A stretch of 9,266 nucleotides of DNA from Octopus sinensis (taxonomy: Eukaryota), in contig NW_021828003.1 of the NCBI RefSeq assembly GCF_006345805.1, forward strand, positions 1 through 9,266. Direction: 5' to 3'. Below are positions 1-7,359 of the stretch, in pieces (position 1 is the first letter of the stretch; every line of letters starts with the position of its first letter). The notes beneath the pieces were generated by a model. The model saw only the letters and a program-made list of their open reading frames with translations. It searched no databases and was not told the origin of the DNA. A program made the translations under genes and the position numbers.

Positions 1-1020
1 TATTAGAAGTCGACCTTATGTAAAACGCATTTCAATTATAACCTTCCTATATTAGAAGTCAACCCTAAGTAAAACGCTTTTAAGTTATAACCATTGCTAT
101 TATTAGAAGTCGACCCTAAGTAAAACGCATTTAAATTATAACCTTTCCTATTATTAGAAGTCGACCTTATGTAAAACGCATTTCAATTATAACCTTTCCT
201 ATTATTAGAAGTCGACACTATGTAAAACGCTTTTAAGTTATAACCTTTCCTATTATTAGAAGTCGACCTTATGTAAAACGCATTTCAATTATAACCTTTC
301 CTATTATTAGAAGTCAACCCTAAGTAAACGCTTTTAAGTTATAACCATTGCTATTATTAGAAGTCGACCCTAAGTAAAACGCATTTCAATTATAACCTTT
401 CCTATTATTAGAAGTCGACCTTATGTAAAACGCATTTCAATTATAACCTTTCCTATTATTAGAAGTCGACACTATGTAAAACGCTTTTAAGTTATAACCA
501 TTGCTATTATTAGAAGTCGACCCTAGTATAAAACGCATTCAATTTAACCTTTCCTATTATTAGAAGTCGACACTATGTAAAACGCTTTTAAGTTATAACC
601 ATTGCTATTATTAGAAGTCGGCCTAAGTAAAACGCATTTCAATTATAACCTTTCCTATTATTAGAAGTCGACACTATGTAAAACGCTTTTAAGTTATAAC
701 CATTGCTATTATTAGAAGTCGACCCTAAGTAAAACGCATTTCAATTATAACCTTTCCTATTATTAGAAGTCGACCTTATGTAAAACGCATTTCAATTATA
801 ACCTTTCCTATTATTAGAAGTCGACCCTAAGTAAAACGCATTTAAATTATAACCTTTCCTATTATTAGAAGTCGACCCTATGTAAAACGCATTTCAATTA
901 TAACCTTTCCTATTATTAGAAGTCGACACTATGTAAAACGCTTTTAAGTTATAACCATTGCTATTATTAGAAGTCGACCCTAAGTAAAACGCATTTAAAT
1001 TATAACCTTTCCTATTATTA
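1..1020. repeat. 51-bp tandem satellite/minisatellite, 20 units, truncated by the window start
   Basis: Units begin TATTAGAAGTC at 1,50,101,152,203,254,305,355,406,457,508,558,609,659,710,761,812,863,914,965. Typical unit: TATTAGAAGTCGACCCTAAGTAAAACGCATTTCAATTATAACCTTTCCTAT. No unique spacers. Confidence 0.97.
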
Positions 1021-1154
1021 TATATCAAAGTCACTACACATTTATAAACTACATCATCAAAATTATTTTTTTTTTTTTGATGAGGTGAATAACGTCTTTC
1101 ACTATTGAATTTGCTTAATAAAGGTTTTTCTTTAAATAATATATATATATATAT

Positions 1155-2920
1155 TTTTTCTAGTTTCAGCTCAGAGCTGCGGCCATGCTGATGCACCGCC
1201 GTTTTGTGCTACACTATTATTACGACGAACCTCGTCTAATATGTGGCACTTGGTGAAGAATGGAGTTTGATATAGCTACTCTCATTTGCACCTCTTGCCG
1301 TGAGGTAGGTTCATCTGGGACTCTCGACAGGAAGATGTCCAGCTTTGATTTAAAAACCGCTACATCTACTTTGTGCAAGTTCCTCAGACTCTTTGGGAGA
1401 ATATTAAAAAGCTGTGGGCCCTTGAAATCCAGGCTGTTGCAGAACCTGGTCGTGAAGCATGATGGCATTGCTGGGATCTTTGGCACTATGCAGTGTCGTC
1501 CCGTTCTAGCATTGGTGTAGCTTACAATGCCAAAATTTGGCACAATTCCTTCCAGGATCTTCCAGACATATATTACTGCATACCTCTCCCGTCTTCTCTC
1601 CAGGGAGTAGAGTCTTAGCTGTTTCAACCTTTCCCAGTAGCTGAGCTGTTGCAAAGAGACGATCTTCTTTGTGAATCTTCTCTGGATTGCTTCAAGGTCC
1701 GCTGTTAATTTTACACTGGTGGGTGACCATAGCTGTGAGCAGTAATCCAGGCGACTGAGGACGATGTCCACCAGAGGACCATCATGGTTTCCTTATTTCT
1801 GGTTCTGAATGTTCTTAGGATCCACCCAGCCAGTCGTCTGCACTTTGTCGCCATCCTGGTAATGTGCACTTGGAAAGAGGTATCATCACTCATGTCGATA
1901 CCCAGGTCCGTCACAGACTTAGGCTCTGGGATTGAAATTCCCTGTGGACCGGTGTATCCTGTAAGTTTAATATTGAGTTTTGGGTGCTGGTAGCGCAGGG
2001 CCTGGAATTTTTCAGCATTAAACTGCATATTATTATCCTCAGCCCATCTGTAGATTGACTCCAACTCCTGCTGCAGGTGTGCTACATCGCTGGGGATCTG
2101 TATTTTCTGCGAGACTTTCGTATCGTCTGCATAGCTGGCCAGAGTGGCTATCCAGGCATTTGAGGGCATATCTGAGAGGGCCACTATAAAAAGCAGTGGT
2201 CCCAAGACAGTGCCCTGTGGAACACCGCTCACTATTTGTGTGTTCATAGAGGTGGCTCCATTAACCACTACTGCCTTGCTCCTATCTTTCAGGAAGTCAT
2301 GCAACCACACTCCAAGTTTTCCAGCTATGCCGAGGTCACGTAGTTTGTGGCATATCATACCATGATCCACCTTGTCAAATGCTTTTGCAAAATCAAGGTA
2401 GATTACGTCCACATTTGATTTTTTGAGTAACTGCCTCAACACCCAGTCATAATGCTGTAAGAGCTGGGTCAGGCAGCTCCTACCTGGTCGAAAACCATGC
2501 TGGGTATCACTCAGCAAGTTATTTTCCTCAAGGAATGCGACTAGTTTCTTTCTGACTATCCGTTCCATGACTTTGCTGATGTGTGAAGTTAGAGAGACAG
2601 GCCTATAGTTTTTGGCATCTGCTCTACTTCCCCCTTTATGTATTGGGCATATTATTCCCTCCTTCAGGTTGCTTGGCAGTTTGTCATTCGCAAGAATGCT
2701 CTGGAAGAGAATCTTGAGGGGTTTTGCCAGGGCATGCTTACACGCTTTGAGGAGGATGGCTGGGAAACCGTCTGGACCAGCAGCTGAGTTTGTGTCCACT
2801 TCATCTATGGCTAGTAGGACATCTTATTCGCTAATATCAATACATTCTATTGTAACCGCCTCACTGGTTATAGGGGAGGCGGCAAAGAAGTCCACTGGTT
2901 CGTTCACTTGTCTGTGTTCC
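1155..2920 (-). mobile_element. 5'-truncated non-LTR retrotransposon (LINE), CR1-clade-like, with intact 3' end
   Basis: RT motifs AAGPDG, YRPVSLTS, QHGFR, YLDFAKAFDKVDH, SGVPQGTVLGPLLF, YADD. CR1-type C-terminus (SRLDYCSQLWSP, LERRRERY, FKSKLDIFLSRVPDEP). Stop at 1220-1222, then a ~57-nt 3' UTR and an A/TA tail. No endonuclease domain or ORF1 present. Confidence 0.93.
1220..2920 (-). pseudogene. LINE ORF2 reverse transcriptase plus C-terminal domain, disrupted
   Basis: Track ORFs 1711..2799 and 1220..1771 join through a single frameshift at ~1762-1772 (…KETMMVLW / IVLSRLDYC…). The frame continues upstream of 2799 (…IECIDISE*DVLLAIDEVDTNSAAGPDG) with an in-frame TAA at 2824-2826. Confidence 0.9.
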
Positions 2921-2962
2921 AATATATATATATTTATTATATATTTTGAAATTTGATTTAGA

Positions 2963-3060
2963 ATTCCTAAATTGAATTTTTCCCAGTAAGTTTGGAATTA
3001 TATTCCCTAACATACTTATATATATATATATATAATATATATATATATTATATATATATA

Positions 3061-3091
<31 letters not shown>

Positions 3092-3337
3092 GTTCCTGAC
3101 TTCCAGACAGAAGGTAGACAGTTTTTACTTAAAACGTCTCCTGATTATTTGATAAGATGAAATACATCGAAACCGGTAATATTAATATTTTATTTATATA
3201 ATCTTTTATTAAATCCCCTCTGAAATTGAAATGTCTTTGAACAAATTCTGTGCTATTTCCACCTTCATTATATATATATATATATATATATATACTAGGG
3301 AGTAAATCCAACTTACAGGTAAAAATTAGATTTAGGA

Positions 3338-3339
<2 letters not shown>
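2963..3339. mobile_element. Putative non-autonomous element bounded by ~46-bp imperfect inverted repeats
   Basis: 2963-3010 ATTCCTAAATTGAATTTTTCCCAGTAAGTTTGGAATTATATTCCCTAA aligns with the reverse complement of 3295-3339 (AATCCTAAATCTAATTTTTACCTGTAAGTTGGATTTACTCCCTAG) at 37/48 columns by hand. (TA)n tracts lie just inside both arms (3017-3091, 3269-3294). Confidence 0.6.
3141..3185 (+). ncRNA. Candidate minimal type I hammerhead ribozyme (U3-A8 core variant)
   Basis: Core TTGATAA (3149-3155), stem II GATG-aaata-CATC (3156-3168), GAAA (3169-3172), palindromic helix III ACCGGT (3172-3177), cleavage triplet GUA (3176-3178). Weak AU-rich stem I (3146-3148 with 3179-3181, extendable past a bulge). 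Confidence 0.4.
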
Positions 3340-3382
<43 letters not shown>

Positions 3383-3570
3383 TTTATAAAAATATATTTT
3401 AAAATTTATAAATATAAATTTAAAAAATTTAAATCTAAATAATTTAAATTTTAAATTTTATATTTTATATATTTTGTATATTATATTAATTATATTTATT
3501 TTTATGTTTTGGTTTATGCTTTTCACTGTTTTATTTGCCTAATAGTGGTTTTATCTCTAATTTAATTTAT

Positions 3571-3659
3571 TATATATATATACATATGTATGTGTGTATG
3601 TATGTATGTATGTATGTATGTATGTATGTATGTATGTATGTAGTATGTATGTATGTATG
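3571..3659. repeat. (TA)n/(TATG)n microsatellite
   Basis: Direct TATG tandem repeats preceded by a TA run. Confidence 0.95.
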
Positions 3660-3924
3660 CAAATACACATATTTCCTCAGAATATCAGACTTTTGTCCCA
3701 AGCTGTACATAGTCCGAATGGAAACAGGATTGCGTGAACAATCGAACAAAGCCATGGGTGAGAAGAGGCGAATCTTCAACACTGATGCAGTGTTCTTGTT
3801 ATAATATGTCGCCCTAGGAAGGATAAGCTGAGGAAACGGTCCCACAAACAGTTCTATTCCCTTAAGAATGGTGACAGCCAAGAGTGGCACCACAGCAGTC
3901 AAGTGGAAGGGTCTGGTATTTGTA

Positions 3925-4240
3925 ACCACATGGGTCCAAGTTCAGTCTACTCCGAATCGGAGCTAATGGATTATGCGAGAATTCGATTGACAGCAACTGA
4001 AAGTAGCCTGATGTATGTATGTGTGGGTTTGTGCCCCGGGGGATGGGATTTCGACGACCACCGCTTGACCATCGGTAGGGTTCTGGTTACGTCCCTATAC
4101 TGAGATGTTCAGTAAAAACAGAACCGATGGGGATAAGGAATAGAATTAGCAAGTAGATACATCGAGTTGTTCCACTGAAAACTTCACGGAGCTGCCCCAG
4201 TCTGGCCGCAGTCCAATAACTAACGCAATTAAAAAGAAAA
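3925..4240 (+). mobile_element. Ancient, highly diverged and internally deleted copy of the tRNA-derived SINE
   Basis: ACCACATGGGTCCAAGTTCAGTC (3925-3947) matches the SINE head. GACAGCAACTGAAAGTAGCC, CCACCGCTTGACCATCGG…TTACGTCCC and the tail CTGCCCCAGTCTGGCCGCAGTCCAATAACT occur in the same order as in the 6233-6738 copy. Confidence 0.72.
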
Positions 4241-4300
4241 ATGTTATATTTATACATGAAGAGACTTGATAATATATTCAAGTCTATTCCTATTTTCAGT

Positions 4301-4426
4301 ACACACACACACACACACGCGTACTCACATGCATAAATACACACATATATATACATATATATAAACATAAGTGAATATACACACTAACATACATATACAT
4401 ACACAGCTCTATACTCACATATTTGC

Positions 4427-4477
<51 letters not shown>

Positions 4478-4627
4478 ATCGTAATATATATATATAGTAT
4501 AGTATATGTATATATATACGTATATATATATAATTATACATAGATCATAATATATATAAAGATTGTATGTATATACATATATACGTAATATATATACGTA
4601 TATATATATATATATATATATATATAC

Positions 4628-4661
<34 letters not shown>

Positions 4662-4785
4662 ATATATATATACGTATATATATATATATACATATATACA
4701 TAAATATATATATAAGTATGTATGTATATACATATATACGTATATATATATGTACATACATGACTACACATGCACCCGTACATAC
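4301..4785. repeat. Compound (CA)n/(TA)n/(TATG)n microsatellite region
   Basis: Long low-complexity dinucleotide runs; source of the YIYIYI ORFs. Confidence 0.95.
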
Positions 4786-5490
4786 TTATATGAGAGTGGG
4801 TTCATACTTTCCTTAACAACCCATGAAAGTTATAAATGAGTGCCTGGGATTATTTCCCAAATCCCATTGCTACGCACCCATTTATCCGCTCGATGTCACC
4901 ACCATAAAGCTGTTTCTATGGCTGCCATATCATAACTTCCTGTGCTGTGGCTTAAATTAATCTTCTTCCTTTCATTCTGTATTCATTTTCTCACACTCCT
5001 CCTCTACCAACATTTTAATTACAGCATTTTGCTTTTTCTAGCTTTCAAATAAATTGATATATCTTTTTAAGTGGTCATTTATTAGTATTGCACCATGACT
5101 ACCAAGATAGAGAAAACGTGATACACACACACACACACCTACACACACACCACACACACACGTATGTTAATTGCTCCTGAAGTGCTGCGCATCAAATAAG
5201 TGAAAACTTATTTTGTCTTCAACGCATAATCGTGACTGTCGTATAAGAAAGTATTTAATAAATCCCAAATAAATTCTGTAACATTTAATTCGTTTTTGGC
5301 TGTTCCTAAATTCCCTGATCTGGCTTTATTACAGCCAAAAGCTTCGTAAGACCCGGTCCAGTATAACCATTGCAACTTCGATAATTAACACGAAACTTCA
5401 TTGCGCTAAACGATAATGCGATTGCTTTGAATCATAGTAAAGGTAACACAAGAAATATAAAAAATAAAGTATGTAGTAGGAAATTATATA

Positions 5491-5552
5491 TACACAGAAA
5501 CACACAGACACACAGACACAGACACACGCACACATTCATACATATATATGTA

Positions 5553-5591
<39 letters not shown>

Positions 5592-5614
5592 ATATATATA
5601 TATATATATTATAT
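5491..5614. repeat. (CA/CAGA)n and (TA)n microsatellite
   Basis: Direct simple repeats. Confidence 0.9.
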
Positions 5615-5828
5615 TATAAAATAATATGTACATTTACTCAATAGTCAAGATAAACTGAGTTTCAGATGCCGAAGTGGAAATCCACAACACCATCTGTTCG
5701 GTTATCTGGCCATCTGAAAAACGCTATGAAAAAATAACCGAAGAGATGGTGTTGTGGATTTCCACTTCGGCATCTGAAACTCAGAGTTTTATCTTGACTA
5801 TTGAGTAAATGTAACATATTATTTTATA
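5615..5828. mobile_element. Foldback/MITE-like element with 91/95-bp near-perfect inverted arms and a 28-bp spacer
   Basis: Arms 5615-5705 and 5734-5828 are reverse complements apart from one mismatch, a 1-nt indel and a 3-nt indel. Both outer ends read TA. No coding capacity. Confidence 0.8.
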
Positions 5829-5899
5829 GATAAATTTCCTCTATTTACATAATATTGAGATCTCTTTCTTTCTTTTCTTATCTTACATTTTTTACCAAG

Positions 5900-5949
<50 letters not shown>
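5900..5949. repeat. (TA)n(TG)n microsatellite
   Basis: Direct simple repeats. Confidence 0.95.
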
Positions 5950-5952
<3 letters not shown>

Positions 5953-6232
5953 CCTGTCTATTTCTATATATGGAAAACTTGCTTCGCAGCGACATGCTTC
6001 CGAATTTAGTCCCATTGCATGACACATTGGTGAGTGTCCTCTACTCTACACTCGGGGTGACCAAAACCTTTTAAACGGAATTAGTAGATAGAAACTGAAA
6101 GAATTCCGTTGTATTTAAGTATGTATATATCTGTGTGTCTATGTGTGCTACCCCGCTTAAGATACCGCTTGGCAACCGGTGCAGGTTTGTTTACGAGCCC
6201 ATCAGTTAATGGTTAAGCAAAATATATTGATA

Positions 6233-6458
6233 GGCGCAGGAGTGGCTGTGTGGTAAGTATCCTGTTTACCAACCACATGGTTCCGGGTTCAGTCCCTCTT
6301 CGTGGCATCTTGGGCAAGTGTCTTCTACTATAGCCTCGGGCCGACCAAAGCCTTGTGAGTGGATTTGGTAGACGGAAACTGAAAGAAGCCCGTTGTATAT
6401 ATGTATGTATACATATATATATATATATATAAATATATATATATAAATATATATGTAA

Positions 6459-6511
<53 letters not shown>

Positions 6512-6738
6512 TATATATATACGTGTGTGTGTCTGTATTTGTTCCCCTAGCATTGCTTGACAACCGATGCTGGTATGTTTATGTCCCCGTTACTCAGCGG
6601 TTCGGAAAAAGGGACCGATAGAATAAGTACTGGGCTTACAAAAGAATAAGTCCCGGGGTCGAGTTGCTCGATTAAAAGCGGTGCTCCAGCATGGCCGCAG
6701 TCAAATGACTGAAACGATTAAAAGAGAGAGAGAGATAG
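6233..6738 (+). mobile_element. Full-length tRNA-derived SINE with internal microsatellite (resembles Octopus OK/OR-type SINEs; family name unverified)
   Basis: tRNA-like head with Pol III boxes, body, internal (TA)n/(TG)n at 6396-6532, 3' tail GCGGTGCTCCAGCATGGCCGCAGTCAAATGACTGAAAC (6678-6715) and an A/AG-rich end. Homologous to three other copies in the window. Confidence 0.88.
6243..6295 (+). promoter_or_regulatory. Internal RNA Pol III promoter (A box and B box) of the SINE
   Basis: A-box-like TGGCTGTGTGG at 6243-6253; B-box-like GGTTCAGTCC at 6286-6295. Confidence 0.7.
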
Positions 6739-6942
6739 AGAGAATAAATAACAGATTTTACAAAAAAGTAATGCGGCCGATATATTCCAGTAATAATTCT
6801 TCAAGGCTCTGCTCCAGCATCGCCGCAATCCCTAAAAGAATAAAGAGGTTATATATATATATATTGTCGCTAACCAGCAGGAGGAGGCTACGATTGTAGT
6901 AACATTATTCTATGCAGAACAACCACGTTGAGGTGGGGAGAA

Positions 6943-7219
6943 TTCTCTCTTTCTCTCTTTTACTCGTTTCAGGCATTTGACAGCGGCCATGCTGGAGCAC
7001 CGCCTTTAGTCGAGGAAATAGACCCCAGGACTTATTTATTCTTTGTAAGACGAGTACTTATTCTATCAGAATCTTTTGCCGAACCGCTAAGTTACGGGGA
7101 CGTAAACACACCAGTATCGGCTGTCAAGCGATGTTGGGAAGGACAAACACAGACACACAAATACACACACACACACACACCACATATATATATATATATA
7201 TATATACATATATACGACG
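6943..7219 (-). mobile_element. 5'-truncated copy of the same SINE, antisense
   Basis: Reverse complement reads CGTCG-(TA)n/(TG)n-…CATCGCTTGACAGCCGATACTGG…GATAGAATAAGTAC…GGCGGTGCTCCAGCATGGCCGCTGTCAAATGCCTGAAAC-AG-rich end. The tRNA head is absent beyond 7219. Confidence 0.88.
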
Positions 7220-7312
7220 AGAGAAACGAATGAAAAACAAGACATATATTAGTTTAACGATTTATATATCTGTATGTATGTATATATATATATATATATA
7301 TATGTTTGTATG

Positions 7313-7345
<33 letters not shown>

Positions 7346-7359
7346 TATGTATGTAGGTT

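Larger units (their letters stand above)
5971..6847 (+). mobile_element. Old diverged SINE copy split into two parts (5971-6232 and ~6739-6847) by a younger copy
   Basis: Left part (GACATGCTTCCGAATTTAGTCCC…GAAACTGAAAGAATTCCGTTG…CGCTTGGCAACCGGTG…GATAG) parallels the SINE head and body. Right part resumes with GAATAAATAAC…TTACAAAAAAGTAA…TTCAAGGCTCTGCTCCAGCATCGCCGCAATC, the expected 3' third. Confidence 0.75.

Noticed and set aside
1-1020. CRISPR-like regular array
   Set aside because: Units are contiguous with no unique spacers, there are no cas genes, and the context is eukaryotic.
1054-1115. TCATCAAAA/TTTTGATGA inverted repeat and a TTGATGA-stem motif resembling a hammerhead core
   Set aside because: The stem is mostly poly-A/T, and the second stem is not followed by GAAA or a helix III, so the hammerhead pattern is incomplete.
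894-1196. 100-aa ORF with a 17-aa repeat (YNLKAFYIVSTSNN…) suggesting a coding repeat
   Set aside because: It is the antisense read of the satellite; every ATTTCA unit gives TGA in that frame, so most units are closed.
1260-2956. Plus-strand ORFs 1260..1520, 1784..1993, 2144..2365, 2612..2956
   Set aside because: Antisense shadows of the LINE RT with no independent motifs.
3681-3757. Possible 77-nt exon (acceptor TTCCTCAG, donor G/GTGAGA)
   Set aside because: Splice-like motifs are common by chance, the peptide is unrecognisable and no partner exons are evident; RNA-seq would be needed.
3778-3794. AACACTG-ATG-CAGTGTT 7-bp hairpin
   Set aside because: Short, not extendable, expected by chance in 9 kb.
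3570-3929. 119-aa minus-strand ORF and overlapping 89-aa plus-strand ORF
   Set aside because: No recognisable domain; both run through the TATG microsatellite.
5362-5373. TATAACCATTGC 12-mer identical to a satellite variant module
   Set aside because: Single short AT-rich match with no flanking similarity; likely chance.
6233-6305. Possible genuine tRNA gene
   Set aside because: A/B boxes are present but no full cloverleaf is evident, and it continues into the SINE body; it is a tRNA-derived SINE head.
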